Assembly (NCBI GenBank): GCA_044229845.1
Contig: JBGASG010000003.1
Span: 224,001 to 288,000 of the forward strand
DNA: 64,000 nt
Source: Candidatus Obscuribacteraceae bacterium
GTDB lineage: Bacteria > Cyanobacteriota > Vampirovibrionia > Obscuribacterales > Obscuribacteraceae
Reading direction: 5' to 3'
Position numbers and translations under genes: made by a program. The notes under the pieces were generated by a model. That model did no database searches. It saw only the letters and a program-made list of their open reading frames with translations, and had not been told where the DNA came from. Below are positions 36,472-47,326 of the stretch, one piece after another. The first letter of the stretch is position 1. Each line of letters begins with the position of its first letter.

Positions 36472-37341
36472 GTGGGTCAAAAAGTACACCCGAATGGTTT
36501 CCGCCTCGGCATCCACAAAGGATGGGCGTCGAACTGGTTCGTTTCGACCAAAGACTTCGGTTTCTTGCTCGAAGAAGACCATCGCATCCGCAACTTCATC
36601 AAGAAAGAGTTGCAGGGCGCCGGCGTTTCCAAAGTGGAAATCAATCGCAAAGCAGATCAGATCAACATCGATATCTACACCGCTCGCCTCGGCGTCGCCG
36701 TCGGCAAAGGCGGACAGGGAATCGAGAGCCTGCATCAAAAAATTCGCGGCATGCTCAACCGCCAGGGCATCGATATCAAAATCAATATCCTGGAAATCAA
36801 CCGCGTCGATCTGGAGTCGCAACTGGTCGCTGAATCCATTGCCCAACAGCTGGAGAAGCGCGTTGCCTTCCGTCGCGCCATGAAGCAAGCAGTGCAACGC
36901 TGCATGCGCGCCGGCGCCGTCGGCGTCAAAATCATGGTAGCAGGCAGATTGGGCGGCGCTGAAATCGCCCGCACCGAGTGGACCAAAGAAGGTCGGATTC
37001 CTCTGCAAACACTGAGAGCAGACGTGGATTACGGTCTGGCTGAAGCCCACACCATGATGGGATTGATTGGTATCAAAGTCTGGATTTTCCGCGGCGAACT
37101 CGAGCGCGGACAATGGTCACCTCCGAACGTCAAAGCCCCCAGCGAAAGACCAGATCAAGCTGCTAACCGCGCTGAGCGTGGTGGTGGCGGCGGCGATCGC
37201 GGTCGCCAGGGACGTCGCGGTCGCGGCGGTGGCGGACATGATCGCGGTAGCGAACGCGGCGATCGCGGTGGACGCGGCGGTGGCGGTGGCGGCGGTGTCG
37301 GCGGCAACGAAGGCGCTCCGCCGGCGGAAGACCAACAGTAA
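36472..37341 (+). CDS. rpsC: 30S ribosomal protein S3
   Basis: GQKVHPNGFRLG, GRLGGAEIARTE, PLQTLRA; RGG-rich C-terminal tail. Confidence 0.98.
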   Translation: MGQKVHPNGFRLGIHKGWASNWFVSTKDFGFLLEEDHRIRNFIKKELQGAGVSKVEINRKADQINIDIYTARLGVAVGKGGQGIESLHQKIRGMLNRQGIDIKINILEINRVDLESQLVAESIAQQLEKRVAFRRAMKQAVQRCMRAGAVGVKIMVAGRLGGAEIARTEWTKEGRIPLQTLRADVDYGLAEAHTMMGLIGIKVWIFRGELERGQWSPPNVKAPSERPDQAANRAERGGGGGDRGRQGRRGRGGGGHDRGSERGDRGGRGGGGGGGVGGNEGAPPAEDQQ

Positions 37342-37376
37342 GTAAAGATCGAACGAACTACCAAGGATAACTAGCC

Positions 37377-37796
37377 ATGTTAATGCCAAAGCGAACAAAA
37401 TTCCGTAAGCACCACAGGGGTCGGATGACGGGTACCGAAACCCGCGGCGCTGAAGTGCAGTTCGGCGAATTGGGTTTGCAAGCACAAGAACCGGCGTGGA
37501 TTACTTCCCGCCAGATCGAAGCCGCCCGTAAAGTGATGAGCCGTAGCGTTCGTCGCGGCGGACAACTGTGGATTCGCGTTTTCCCGGACAAATCGGTTTC
37601 CAAAAAACCGGCTGAAACCCGTATGGGATCCGGAAAAGGCGCACCGGAATTCTGGGTCGCTGTGATCAAACCAGGACGTGTTCTGTTTGAGATCTCCGGC
37701 GTGCCCGTCGCTGAAGCGCGCGAAGCAATGCACCTGGCTTCGCAAAAGCTGCCCATCAAGTGCAAGGTGATCACGCGTCAGGCAGGAGGCGCCTAA
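37377..37796 (+). CDS. rplP: 50S ribosomal protein L16
   Basis: [27 protein letters not shown]. Confidence 0.98.
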   Translation: MLMPKRTKFRKHHRGRMTGTETRGAEVQFGELGLQAQEPAWITSRQIEAARKVMSRSVRRGGQLWIRVFPDKSVSKKPAETRMGSGKGAPEFWVAVIKPGRVLFEISGVPVAEAREAMHLASQKLPIKCKVITRQAGGA

Positions 37797-38068
37797 TGAA
37801 AGTAGCCGAAATCAAAGACCTGTCGGCTGATGAACTGAATGCCCGCATCACCGACACACGCAAAGAAATAGTCGACCTGCGCTTCCAACTCGGCGCTCGC
37901 AAGCTGGAGAAGCCGCACAAGATTCGCGATGCCCGCAAACTCTTGAGCAGACTTTTGACAGTGCAAACTCAGAAGCACAACGACGAAATCGCCAAAGCCG
38001 GCGACAAAGAAGCCAAAGCTGCTAAAGCTGAAAAGCCCGCAGCCAAAGCTAAAGCCAAAACCAAGTAA
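37796..38068 (+). CDS. rpmC: 50S ribosomal protein L29
   Basis: ATG overlaps the rplP stop (TAATG); [22 protein letters not shown]-rich tail. Confidence 0.95.
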   Translation: MKVAEIKDLSADELNARITDTRKEIVDLRFQLGARKLEKPHKIRDARKLLSRLLTVQTQKHNDEIAKAGDKEAKAAKAEKPAAKAKAKTK

Positions 38069-38090
38069 CAAGTAATAGGTAGAGCAGAAA

Positions 38091-38366
38091 ATGCCGAAGA
38101 AAGAACTGGTCGGAAAAGTGGTGTCCAACAAGATGGACAAGACGGTGGTAGTCGCCGTCGACAGCTACGTGCCGCACCCGCGCTACGAAAAACAAATTGT
38201 GCGCACCGCCAAATTCAAAGCGCACGATGCTGAAAACAAATGCCAGCTTGGCGACAAGGTGCGCATTCAAGAGTGCCGTCCGCTTTCCAGGGACAAGCAT
38301 TTCACGGTCATTCAAGTTATCGGTTCAACCCGGGACCTCACGGTTCCGACTGAGGAGTTAGGGTAA
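38091..38366 (+). CDS. rpsQ: 30S ribosomal protein S17
   Basis: [29 protein letters not shown]. Confidence 0.98.
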   Translation: MPKKELVGKVVSNKMDKTVVVAVDSYVPHPRYEKQIVRTAKFKAHDAENKCQLGDKVRIQECRPLSRDKHFTVIQVIGSTRDLTVPTEELG

Positions 38367-38734
38367 TGATTCAAGCGCAAACGCGATTGACGGTAGCCGA
38401 TAACACCGGCGCGCGCGAGCTCATGTGCATCCGCGTGATGGGCTCCTCGAATCGTCGCTACGCATCCGTCGGTGATGTCATCGTGGCCGTCGTTAAAGAC
38501 GCGCTGCCCAACATGCCCGTCAAAAAGTCTGAAGTTGTGAAAGCGGTCATCGTCCGCGTTCGCAATCACATCCGCCGTCCGGACGGTTCGACGATTCGTT
38601 TCGACGATAACGCCGCCGTTATTATTCAAAAAGACGGCAACCCGAAAGGGACACGCGTATTCGGTCCAATCGCCCGCGAACTTCGCGACAAGAACTTCAC
38701 GAAGATCGTTTCGCTGGCACCGGAGGTTCTCTAA
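38366..38734 (+). CDS. rplN: 50S ribosomal protein L14
   Basis: [27 protein letters not shown]. Confidence 0.99.
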   Translation: MIQAQTRLTVADNTGARELMCIRVMGSSNRRYASVGDVIVAVVKDALPNMPVKKSEVVKAVIVRVRNHIRRPDGSTIRFDDNAAVIIQKDGNPKGTRVFGPIARELRDKNFTKIVSLAPEVL

Positions 38735-38739
38735 AGATC

Positions 38740-39243
38740 ATGGCTGTCGAAACTAAAAAGCAAATTCGCTTCAGCAATTCACCCATTGCCAGAAAACACA
38801 AACCCGGCGGACGCACCGTCGTCTCCCGCGCGTTTGTGCAAGAAGGCGCCACCAACCTGCGCCCGCATGTGCACGTCAAGCGCGGCGACATGGTGATGCT
38901 GATTTCCGGACCGAAGAAAGAAGACAAAAAACGCGACAAAGATCTGCAAAAGCGTTTCGATGAGCGTAATGCCTTCAAAGGCATGGTCGGCAAAGTCTTG
39001 TCCGTGTCCGCCAAAACCGGCAAAGTCACCGTCGAAGGTATCAACATCGTCACCCGCGCCAGCAAACCGCGCGGTCCGATGTCCAAATCGGGGCTGATCA
39101 CTAAAGAAGCTCCGCTCTTCGCCTCGCGCGTCATGCTCTACTGCACAGCTTGCAAAAAGCCGACGCGCATCAAGCATAAAGTCCAGGACAACGGCAAGAA
39201 AACGCGCGTTTGTCACCACTGCCAACAGGCAATTGATGCCTAA
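38740..39243 (+). CDS. rplX: 50S ribosomal protein L24
   Basis: HVKRGDMVMLISG, VEGINIV, EAPL; position after rplN; N-terminal extension and internal insertion. Confidence 0.93.
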   Translation: MAVETKKQIRFSNSPIARKHKPGGRTVVSRAFVQEGATNLRPHVHVKRGDMVMLISGPKKEDKKRDKDLQKRFDERNAFKGMVGKVLSVSAKTGKVTVEGINIVTRASKPRGPMSKSGLITKEAPLFASRVMLYCTACKKPTRIKHKVQDNGKKTRVCHHCQQAIDA

Positions 39244-39295
39244 TTAGACACGACAAAGACCGTGTCGAACCCTAGAACAACAAGAGAGCAAGAAA

Positions 39296-39832
39296 GTGAA
39301 ACTGAAAGAGAAGTACCAGAAGGAAGTTGTGCCGGCGCTCACCAAAGAGTTCGGTTACACCAACAACATGCAAGTGCCGCGCCTCGAAAAGGTCGTCATC
39401 AACATGGGTCTGGGCGAAGCCACTGCTAACGCCAAAGCCATTGAAGGCGGTCTCAAAGATTTGACGGCGATTGCCGGACAAAAGCCCGTGGTCAACCGCG
39501 CCCGCAAATCCATCGCCACCTTCAAAGTGCGCAAAGGCATGCCGGTCGGAGCCTCGGTCACCCTGCGCGGTCAGCGCATGTTCGACTTCCTCTCCAAGTT
39601 GATCAACATCTCGTTGCCCCGTATCCGCGACTTCCGCGGACTGTCCAACAAGTCGTTTGATGGACGCGGCAACTATTCTCTCGGCGTCAAAGAGCAAATC
39701 ATGTTCCCGGAAATCAACTACGAAAACGTTGATGCCATCCGCGGCATGGACATCTCAATCGTCACCACCGCGCGTACCGACCAGGAGGGCAGAGCACTTC
39801 TGCTGCACCTCGGTATGCCGTTCAAGAAGTAG
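39296..39832 (+). CDS. rplE: 50S ribosomal protein L5
   Basis: [30 protein letters not shown]. Confidence 0.99.
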   Translation: MKLKEKYQKEVVPALTKEFGYTNNMQVPRLEKVVINMGLGEATANAKAIEGGLKDLTAIAGQKPVVNRARKSIATFKVRKGMPVGASVTLRGQRMFDFLSKLINISLPRIRDFRGLSNKSFDGRGNYSLGVKEQIMFPEINYENVDAIRGMDISIVTTARTDQEGRALLLHLGMPFKK

Positions 39833-39878
39833 ACAGCAGAGTCATAACTGACTCAGGGCCAATCACAAGGAGCGAAAC

Positions 39879-40085
39879 GTGGCCAAAACATCGATGATCG
39901 ACAAAGAAAACAAGCGCCGGGTCTCCGCCTCCCGCGGTAAATACCCGACCGTGCGCTTGCACAATCGCTGCCGAATTTGCGGCAGACCGCGCGGGTACTA
40001 CCGCGACTTCGGTCTGTGCCGCTGCTGCCTGCGCAAAATGGCTCACGAAGGTTTGATTCCCGGTTTGACCAAGTCCAGCTGGTAA
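39879..40085 (+). CDS. rpsZ: 30S ribosomal protein S14, zinc-binding (type Z) form
   Basis: [28 protein letters not shown]. Confidence 0.95.
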   Translation: MAKTSMIDKENKRRVSASRGKYPTVRLHNRCRICGRPRGYYRDFGLCRCCLRKMAHEGLIPGLTKSSW

Positions 40086-40127
40086 CCACTTTCTTTTAGA
40101 TAGGACACAAGGAGCATTAGCTAACAC

Positions 40128-40529
40128 ATGCCAGTTACAGATCCGATTTCCGACATGTTCACGCGCATCCGCAATGCGGCTCGCACGCATGCGCCGGCGG
40201 TGGAAATGCCCGCTTCCAAACAGAAGCTGGCAGTCGCCGAGGTGCTTCGGAACGAAGGTTTCATCTCGTCCTTCGAAACAAAAGGGATTGGTACGCCAGA
40301 ACAGAAATTGCGCGTCGTCCTCAAGTACGGCCCCAAGGGTGAGCAAGTCATCCAGGGCATCAAGCGCGTCTCCAGACCCGGCTTGAGAATTTATCGTCCC
40401 GCCAAGAAAGTACCGCGCGTGCTGGGCGGACTCGGTGTTGCCATCGTCAGCACCTCATCTGGTCTCATGACCGATCGCCAGGCTCGCAAGAGCAATCTCG
40501 GTGGCGAAGTTTTAGGATTCGTTTGGTAA
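40128..40529 (+). CDS. rpsH: 30S ribosomal protein S8
   Basis: DPISDMFTRIRNA, RVSRPGLRIY, GGEVL. Confidence 0.98.
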   Translation: MPVTDPISDMFTRIRNAARTHAPAVEMPASKQKLAVAEVLRNEGFISSFETKGIGTPEQKLRVVLKYGPKGEQVIQGIKRVSRPGLRIYRPAKKVPRVLGGLGVAIVSTSSGLMTDRQARKSNLGGEVLGFVW

Positions 40530-40542
40530 AGAGGGTAAGCCC

Positions 40543-41088
40543 ATGTCTCGAATCGGCAAAGCACCGATTGCAGTACCATCTGGAGTGCAAATCACTCTCT
40601 CTGGTACCGAAGTCAAAGTAAAAGGACCGAAAGGCGAATTGAAGCGCCACATCCGTCCGGAAATCACAGTGCGTCAAGACGGCGACAAATTGCTCGTCGA
40701 GCGCACCTCGGAAGACCGTATCGTGCGCAGCCTGCACGGACTTTCCAGAACGCTGGTGGCCAACATGGTCAAAGGCGTCACCGATGGTTTCGAACGCAAG
40801 CTGGAAATCGTCGGCGTCGGTTATCGTGCCGCGGTCGAAGGACAGAAGCTGATCATGCAGCTCGGTTACAGCCACCCGGTGGAAATTCCGATTCCGCAAG
40901 GCATCGCCGTAACCGTCACCAAAAACACGGCTGTCTCGATCACCGGTTATGACAAGCAGCAACTGGGGGATTTCGTCTCCTACGTGCGCGACCGTCGTCC
41001 GCCTGAAGTTTACAAAGGCAAGGGCGTCAAGTACGCCGGCGAAGTCATCCGCCGCAAAGCTGGTAAAGCTGCCGGTAAGAAGAAGTAA
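40543..41088 (+). CDS. rplF: 50S ribosomal protein L6
   Basis: MSRIGK, VKGPKGEL, GVGYRA, PEVYKGKGVKY. Confidence 0.98.
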   Translation: MSRIGKAPIAVPSGVQITLSGTEVKVKGPKGELKRHIRPEITVRQDGDKLLVERTSEDRIVRSLHGLSRTLVANMVKGVTDGFERKLEIVGVGYRAAVEGQKLIMQLGYSHPVEIPIPQGIAVTVTKNTAVSITGYDKQQLGDFVSYVRDRRPPEVYKGKGVKYAGEVIRRKAGKAAGKKK

Positions 41089-41175
41089 TGCATTCAAACT
41101 AATTGCGGCCTAGAAGCCGCAGCCTAACAAGTACGGATCGACAAAGCAGATTCGGAAATTTCAAAGGACAGGACA

Positions 41176-41541
41176 ATGATCAACAAGCCAAACAAAAACC
41201 AAGCCCGAGTCAAGCGCCATCAGCGCATTCGCAAACGCGTGGAAGGCACCACCGAGCGTCCGCGTCTTTGCGTTTATCGCTCCAACAAACATATCTACGC
41301 CCAGATCGTCGACGACACCCAAGCCAGCACAGTCGTTGCTGCTTCCACTCTCGATCCGGAATTGAAAGAAGTCGGCAAGACCTGGGACAAAGACGCCGCC
41401 AAAGCAGTCGGTCAATTGATTGCTAAACGCGCCAAGAAAAAAGGCATTGAAGCGGTCGTTTTCGATCGCGCCGGTTACATCTATCACGGCAGAATCGCTT
41501 CCGTAGCCGATGCGGCTCGCGAAGCCGGTTTGAACTTCTAA
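41176..41541 (+). CDS. rplR: 50S ribosomal protein L18
   Basis: [36 protein letters not shown]. Confidence 0.98.
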   Translation: MINKPNKNQARVKRHQRIRKRVEGTTERPRLCVYRSNKHIYAQIVDDTQASTVVAASTLDPELKEVGKTWDKDAAKAVGQLIAKRAKKKGIEAVVFDRAGYIYHGRIASVADAAREAGLNF

Positions 41542-41565
41542 CCAAGGAAAAGGAACTGCACCGAA

Positions 41566-42213
41566 ATGTCGGACAAAGAAGATAACAAAATTCCTCCAGT
41601 AACCGGTGGCGACGACGCAGCCGCGCCAGCTACTGAAGGCGGTCCCGGTCAACGCCGCGGACGTCGTGGCGGTCGTGAAGGTGGCGGCGGCGGCGGTGGT
41701 CCGCGTCGCGGTCAGGACGACCGTCCGCGCGAGCAATCCGAATGGGAAGAGAAGATCATTCAAGTTCGCCGTGTGACCAAGGTCGTCAAAGGCGGTAAAA
41801 AACTTTCGTTCCGCGCCGTCGTTGCTGTCGGCAACGGCAAAGGACAAGTGGGTGTCGGCGTCGGCAAAGCTGCCGAAGTAATCGGCGCCATTCAAAAAGG
41901 TGTTGTGGATGCTCGCAAGAGCCTCGTCTCCGTCCCCATGGTCGGCACCACGTTGCCGCACCGCGTCGTCGGAGAACAGGGCGCCAGCCGCGTTCTGCTC
42001 ATTCCGGCCGCCAAAGGTACCGGTATCATCGCCGGTGGCGCCGCTCGTGCCATTCTGGAACTGGCCGGCGTCGGCGATGTGATGGGTAAATCACTCGGTT
42101 CCCGCGCGCCGCTGAATGTGGCCAGGGGCACCATCGACGGGCTCAGACGCCTGCGCACATTCGAAGAAGCAGCCAAGTTGCGCGGCATCTCTGTCCGCCA
42201 GCTGCTGACATAA
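41566..42213 (+). CDS. rpsE: 30S ribosomal protein S5
   Basis: [22 protein letters not shown]; Gly/Arg-rich N-terminal extension. Confidence 0.98.
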   Translation: MSDKEDNKIPPVTGGDDAAAPATEGGPGQRRGRRGGREGGGGGGGPRRGQDDRPREQSEWEEKIIQVRRVTKVVKGGKKLSFRAVVAVGNGKGQVGVGVGKAAEVIGAIQKGVVDARKSLVSVPMVGTTLPHRVVGEQGASRVLLIPAAKGTGIIAGGAARAILELAGVGDVMGKSLGSRAPLNVARGTIDGLRRLRTFEEAAKLRGISVRQLLT

Positions 42214-42226
42214 CAAGGAGCAGGAA

Positions 42227-42493
42227 ATGGCAACGAAGAAAGAAGAGTCGGGCGCCAAAGCCGGCGGCAAGCGCATCAAAATCAAACTGACCAGCGGTCT
42301 GGTCGGCAAGATGAAGACGCACCGCAAAGTCGTCGAAGCTCTCGGTCTGAAAAGATTCAACAGCGAAGTCGAGCATGTCGACTCGCCGACCATTCGCGGC
42401 ATGGTGAACAAAGTTCGCCACCTCGTCACCGTCGAAGGTGAAGTGACTGCCGCCAACGGCACCAAGCCGAAAGCCAAAGCTGAAGCCAAGTAA
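42227..42493 (+). CDS. rpmD: 50S ribosomal protein L30
   Basis: IKIKLTSGLVG..ALGLKR..DSPTIRGMVNKVRHLV. Confidence 0.95.
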   Translation: MATKKEESGAKAGGKRIKIKLTSGLVGKMKTHRKVVEALGLKRFNSEVEHVDSPTIRGMVNKVRHLVTVEGEVTAANGTKPKAKAEAK

Positions 42494-42562
42494 CTTACAC
42501 AGAAGCCGAGTCGCACGCCCAATATCTTCTTGAGGCAGCGGCGCAAGGCAAAAGGAGAAACA

Positions 42563-43237
42563 ATGAGACTGGAAGATCTAAGACCCGCCGACGGCGCTCG
42601 TCGCAATAAGAAGCGCGTTGGACGCGGACGCGGCTCGGGTCACGGCAAAACCTCCACCCGCGGCCACAACGGTCAGGGTCAGCGCTCCGGCGAAAGCCGC
42701 CGCTTCGGATTTGAAGGCGGTCAGACACCTTTGTTCCGCCGCTTGCCGAAGATCCATAACTTCGATCAAGTGATCAATCGTGATTGGGTGGAAGTGAATG
42801 TCGGTCAACTGAATGCTCTGCCGGCCAATACTGAAGTGACAGCGGAAAGTCTCGTCGAGCACAACGTGCTGCGTAGCGCCACCGACAGCCTGCGCATTCT
42901 CGGCAACGGCGAACTGAAGGTTGCGTTGAAAGTGCGCGCACACCACATCTCCGCCGGCGCTAAAGAGAAAATCGAAAAAGCCGGTGGCGCAGTTGAACTC
43001 ATCGGTCTGGCTCCGCCCACTAAAGGCAAGAAGCAAGCCAAAGTCAAAAACCCTGCCACCCGCCCCGTAGAGCCGAAGGCTGAAGCGCCGAAAGCCGACA
43101 AGGGCGAAGGCAAGAAAGAGAAGGAAGGCAAAGGCGATAAAAAAGATGCCGGCGCCGCTCCCAAGGGTGAAGCCAAAGAGCCTAAAGCCGAAGGCAAGAA
43201 AGAGAAGCCGGAAGCGAAGAAAGACGATAAGAAGTAA
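42563..43237 (+). CDS. rplO: 50S ribosomal protein L15
   Basis: ATG at 42563 after AGGAG; RVGRGRGSGHGKT, GFEGGQTPL; long K/E-rich tail. Confidence 0.97.
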   Translation: MRLEDLRPADGARRNKKRVGRGRGSGHGKTSTRGHNGQGQRSGESRRFGFEGGQTPLFRRLPKIHNFDQVINRDWVEVNVGQLNALPANTEVTAESLVEHNVLRSATDSLRILGNGELKVALKVRAHHISAGAKEKIEKAGGAVELIGLAPPTKGKKQAKVKNPATRPVEPKAEAPKADKGEGKKEKEGKGDKKDAGAAPKGEAKEPKAEGKKEKPEAKKDDKK

Positions 43238-43339
43238 ACTGGATATCTGTTATTAGTTGTATCAGGGGCGAGTCTAAGACTCGCCCGCTGCGATCTAAGA
43301 CCTTGAACATAGCTAGAAGCTGGAGTAGTACGAAATCAA

Positions 43340-44827
43340 ATGACGCAAAGCGGAGCAAGCGGAGCCCCGGCACCTAAGAAAGGCAGCCCGATCGGTGGTC
43401 CGGAAGAACTGCTGAAAGTACTCAACTCACCGGGATTGCGCGAACGCATCTTATTCACTCTGGCAATGATCGCCATCTATCGCATCGGCGTGCACATTCC
43501 ATTGCCGGGCGTCGACCCTGCCGCTATGTCCAAACACGCCGAACTGGCGCAAAACTTGCTGGGCATGATCGACCTCTTCACAGGCGGCGCCCTCGGCAAG
43601 CTCTCGATCTTTTCAATGGGGATCGGTCCCTACATCACCGCCTCGATCATCATGCAACTGATGGGCGTGGTGGTGCCAAAACTGGAAGAGCTGCAAAAGC
43701 ACTCCGGAGAACAGGGACGCAGACAACTGCAGCAATACACCCGTTATGCAACGGTGGTGCTGGCCGGTTTCCAATCGTTCATGCTCTCGAAGCTGCTTCT
43801 GCAAATTCAAGGACCACCGGTGGTGACGGTACCGCCAGAGATGGCACCGTTGTTTTTGTTTACGGCAACTGTAATCCTCACCGCCTCGGCTCTCTTCATT
43901 ATGTGGCTGGGCGAAACCATTACAGAGCGCGGCGTCGGCAACGGCGCATCGCTTTTGATCTTCCTGGGCATTGCCTCACGTCTGCCTGTGATTATCAAAA
44001 ACACATACGAGGCAATTCATGCCGGCACCACGTCGGCATTCGGCGTTGCGGTTCTCGTGGGAGTCTTCCTCTTGCTGACCGCGCTGGTTGTCTGCCTGCA
44101 ACAAGGCGTGCGCAAAATCATGGTGCTCGGAGCGCGCCGCAACGTCGGCGCCAAAGTCATGTCGGTACCCGATGACTATCTGTACCTGCCGGTTAACCCG
44201 TCAGGCGTTATGTCGATCATCTTTGCGTCATCGTTGCTCATGTTTCCGAGCACCGTCATGTCATTTGCGGGCCGTCAGGGAGGTGACCCGATGGCCGGGT
44301 TGCACCAGTGGCTCTCCGGCTTACCCGGTGTCGGTCCGCAGTGGGCATCGTTCTCAGCACAACCGCAAGTGCAGAAAGTCGGCGACTTCCTGATGACCGA
44401 ATTCGCCCGGCTATTTTCATATCAGGCCTGGGAGCATTCGCTGCTCTACTTCGCATTGATCATGTTCTTCGCGTTCTTCTACGCATCGATTGTGTTGCCG
44501 ATCAAAGACATGGCGGAGAATCTCAGACGCAGCGGACGTTCCATCCAGAACGTCAAACCCGGCCGCCCGACGGTCGAGTTTCTCGAAGTGACTTTGAATC
44601 GGTTGATCTTCATCGGCGCCACCGCCATCGGTATCGTCGCCATCATGCCCATTCACGTGGAGCAAGCAACCGGCGTGCAAACCCTGCAAGGACTGGGTTC
44701 CACGTCGCTAATCATTCTGGTCGGCGTCGCCATCGACACGCAGCGGCAAATCATGACGCACGCCATGGCCGCCAAAACTCATGCCCGCGGACTCTTCCGC
44801 GACAAAGCAACCAAGGAGAACAAGTAG
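43340..44827 (+). CDS. secY: Preprotein translocase subunit SecY
   Basis: SIFSMGIGPYITASIIMQL, WLGETITERGVGNGASL, GSTSLIILVGVAID. Confidence 0.98.
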   Translation: MTQSGASGAPAPKKGSPIGGPEELLKVLNSPGLRERILFTLAMIAIYRIGVHIPLPGVDPAAMSKHAELAQNLLGMIDLFTGGALGKLSIFSMGIGPYITASIIMQLMGVVVPKLEELQKHSGEQGRRQLQQYTRYATVVLAGFQSFMLSKLLLQIQGPPVVTVPPEMAPLFLFTATVILTASALFIMWLGETITERGVGNGASLLIFLGIASRLPVIIKNTYEAIHAGTTSAFGVAVLVGVFLLLTALVVCLQQGVRKIMVLGARRNVGAKVMSVPDDYLYLPVNPSGVMSIIFASSLLMFPSTVMSFAGRQGGDPMAGLHQWLSGLPGVGPQWASFSAQPQVQKVGDFLMTEFARLFSYQAWEHSLLYFALIMFFAFFYASIVLPIKDMAENLRRSGRSIQNVKPGRPTVEFLEVTLNRLIFIGATAIGIVAIMPIHVEQATGVQTLQGLGSTSLIILVGVAIDTQRQIMTHAMAAKTHARGLFRDKATKENK

Positions 44828-44830
44828 GTT

Positions 44831-45493
44831 ATGCAGATACTTTTCCTGGGCGCTCCCGGAGCCGGCAAAGGAACTCAATGCAAGCGCCTGGCACCTGAAC
44901 TGGGACTCATCCATTTGTCATCCGGCGACCTGCTCAGAGAAGCAGTAAAAAACGGCACCGAAGCCGGCAAAAAGGCCAAGTCCTTCATGGACCAGGGCGT
45001 GCTGGTTCCCGATGATGTTTTGATCGCCATGTTCCGCGACAAGCTCTCCTCAGCCGAGTGCAAAAAGGGCGTCATTCTTGACGGGTTCCCCCGCAACCTG
45101 GCTCAGGCTGAAGCTCTCGATAAGCTCCTCGAAGAACTGGACAAGAAGCTGTCGGTGGTTTTGAACATCGACGTCAACGACGAGCTGCTCACCGAGCGCA
45201 TCGCCGGACGGATGAGCTGCTCCAACAAAGACTGCGCCACGCCATATCACCGCAGCTTCATGAAGCCTAAAGTCGAGGGCAAGTGCGACAAGTGCGGCAG
45301 CGAGCTCTCCACCCGCTCAGACGACAAAGTTGAACTGGTGGCAGCCCGTCTCAAAACCTATTACGAACAGACCGAGCCCTTAATCGACTACTACAGCAAA
45401 CGCGGACTCGTCAAAACAATTGACGGCAACAAAGACGCCGACACCATCTTTAGTGATATCTTGAACGCGCTAAAGTCCAACTGCACTCGCTGA
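44831..45493 (+). CDS. adk: Adenylate kinase with a Cys-containing LID
   Basis: GAPGAGKGTQ, LDGFPRN, RSDD, C..C/C..C in the LID. Confidence 0.98.
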   Translation: MQILFLGAPGAGKGTQCKRLAPELGLIHLSSGDLLREAVKNGTEAGKKAKSFMDQGVLVPDDVLIAMFRDKLSSAECKKGVILDGFPRNLAQAEALDKLLEELDKKLSVVLNIDVNDELLTERIAGRMSCSNKDCATPYHRSFMKPKVEGKCDKCGSELSTRSDDKVELVAARLKTYYEQTEPLIDYYSKRGLVKTIDGNKDADTIFSDILNALKSNCTR

Positions 45494-45515
45494 TTTCAAG
45501 AGATCGCACCTGCCC

Positions 45516-46298
45516 ATGATCTTCACCAAAGAAGAAGAACTCGACCTATTTCGACAAGCCGGCAAAATCGCAGGCGAAGTCCTCGAGCTGATCTCCAAGA
45601 TGGTCGCGCCCGGCGTCACCACGCTCGAGCTGGATACTGTCGCCGAGCAAGCGATTAGAGATCGCGGCGCCATCCCCACTTTCAAGGGGTATCGCAACTT
45701 CCCTAATACGATTTGTGCCAGCGTCAACGAAGAAGTAGTCCACGGCATTCCCAACGGCAAGAAGGTTCTCAAGGAAGGGGATGTCATCAGCATCGACATC
45801 GGCGCCACCATTCGCAAGATGGAAAATGGCAAAAAGTTGGATTACATCGGCGATACAGCGATTACTGTGCCGGTCGGCAAAGTTTCCGAGCGCCTCCAGA
45901 GCCTTCTGGATGAAACTCAGAAAGCGCTTTACGCCGGCATCGAAGCGTCCAAGTCTGGAGCAACGCTCGATGATATCGGCGGCGCCATCGAGGATTTCGC
46001 CACGTCAGCCAACTACGGAATCGTACGTGAGTACGGCGGACACGGCATCGGCTACACGTATCACGAGGAGCCGTTTATCCTCAACTACAGGAGCGGTAGT
46101 CGCACCAAACTCAAAAGTGGTATGGTGATAGCCATCGAGCCCATGTTCAATCAGGGTGGCGATCGCGTACGCCTTAAGCAAGACGGCTGGACGGTTGTTA
46201 CGCAAGATTACAAGCCGTCAGCCCATTTCGAGCATTCACTTTTGATCACAGAGAACGGTCCGGAGATTCTGACAAGGCGTCCAACAGAGCAAATATGA
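45516..46298 (+). CDS. map: Methionine aminopeptidase type I
   Basis: [29 protein letters not shown]. Confidence 0.97.
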   Translation: MIFTKEEELDLFRQAGKIAGEVLELISKMVAPGVTTLELDTVAEQAIRDRGAIPTFKGYRNFPNTICASVNEEVVHGIPNGKKVLKEGDVISIDIGATIRKMENGKKLDYIGDTAITVPVGKVSERLQSLLDETQKALYAGIEASKSGATLDDIGGAIEDFATSANYGIVREYGGHGIGYTYHEEPFILNYRSGSRTKLKSGMVIAIEPMFNQGGDRVRLKQDGWTVVTQDYKPSAHFEHSLLITENGPEILTRRPTEQI

Positions 46299-46516
46299 GT
46301 AAGCAAGGTGTAATCGAGTTCGAAGGCGTGATCCGCGAAAGCCTCCCCAACGCTATGTTTCGGGTCGAGCTCGATAACGGCCATAAAGTGCTGGCTCACA
46401 TCTCCGGGAAGATTCGCAAAAACTTCATTAAGATATTGCCTGGCGATCGAGTGCGTGTAGAGCTCACCCCATACGACTTAACGCGTGGCCGCATTACGTA
46501 CCGCATCAAGGATTGA
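46295..46516 (+). CDS. infA: Translation initiation factor IF-1
   Basis: [29 protein letters not shown]. Confidence 0.98.
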   Translation: MSKQGVIEFEGVIRESLPNAMFRVELDNGHKVLAHISGKIRKNFIKILPGDRVRVELTPYDLTRGRITYRIKD

Positions 46517-46611
46517 GGTACAATACAGCGTTTGTCTGCGGCTGCATTGACTGGTTTCCCAGTCATGTTTTGTACTCGTTTTCAAGCGCTTACTGAAGCG
46601 ATGGGATCACT

Positions 46612-46725
46612 ATGAAAGTTAGAGCATCGGTCAAGAAAATCTGCGAAAAGTGCAAGGTCATTCGACGCAAAGGGCGTGTAGCCATCATTTGCGAGAACCC
46701 GAAGCACAAGCAACGGCAGGGCTAA
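46612..46725 (+). CDS. rpmJ: 50S ribosomal protein L36 (zinc-binding form; not in the ORF track)
   Basis: Hand translation: [37 protein letters not shown]. Confidence 0.98.
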   Translation: MKVRASVKKICEKCKVIRRKGRVAIICENPKHKQRQG

Positions 46726-46906
46726 AACTCCCTGCGGTGGGTGTCATTTCCCACCGCCAGGGTGCTCGTCCTTTTGCAAAGCAGTACCTCAACTGCAGCG
46801 CACATGCGATGAGCTGTCTCCGCCGCTTCTCTTACGCGCGCGAAAAGAAAACACGATTACTGCCCTTTGGGGCGCTTTGACCCTACAGGGGAACTGGAGG
46901 AACTAG

Positions 46907-47293
46907 ATGGCTCGTATAGCGGGTGTTGACCTGCCGAGAAACAAGAAAGCGCATATTGCGCTGCGCTACATCTACGGCATCGGACCGACGATTGCCGCCA
47001 AGATTTGCCAGAAGCTCAATATCGCTGAAAACAAGCGCGTTCAAGATTTGAACGAAGACGAAATCAGCCGTATTCGTGAAGAGATCGACAAAAACTACCA
47101 GGTCGAAGGCGACCTGCGTCGTATCGAAGGTCTCAACGTCAAACGCCTGATCGAAATCAACTGCTACCGCGGTCAGCGCCACCGCAAGGGCTTGCCCACT
47201 CGCGGTCAGCGCACCAAGACCAATGCCAGAACTCGTCGTGGACGCAAGCGCGTCACCGTCGCCGGCAAGAAGATCGCGCCATCGAAAGGCTAA
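46907..47293 (+). CDS. rpsM: 30S ribosomal protein S13
   Basis: [28 protein letters not shown]. Confidence 0.98.
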   Translation: MARIAGVDLPRNKKAHIALRYIYGIGPTIAAKICQKLNIAENKRVQDLNEDEISRIREEIDKNYQVEGDLRRIEGLNVKRLIEINCYRGQRHRKGLPTRGQRTKTNARTRRGRKRVTVAGKKIAPSKG

Positions 47294-47326
47294 TGCAATA
47301 ACGCAGACATAGGAAGTTTTTGAAAA

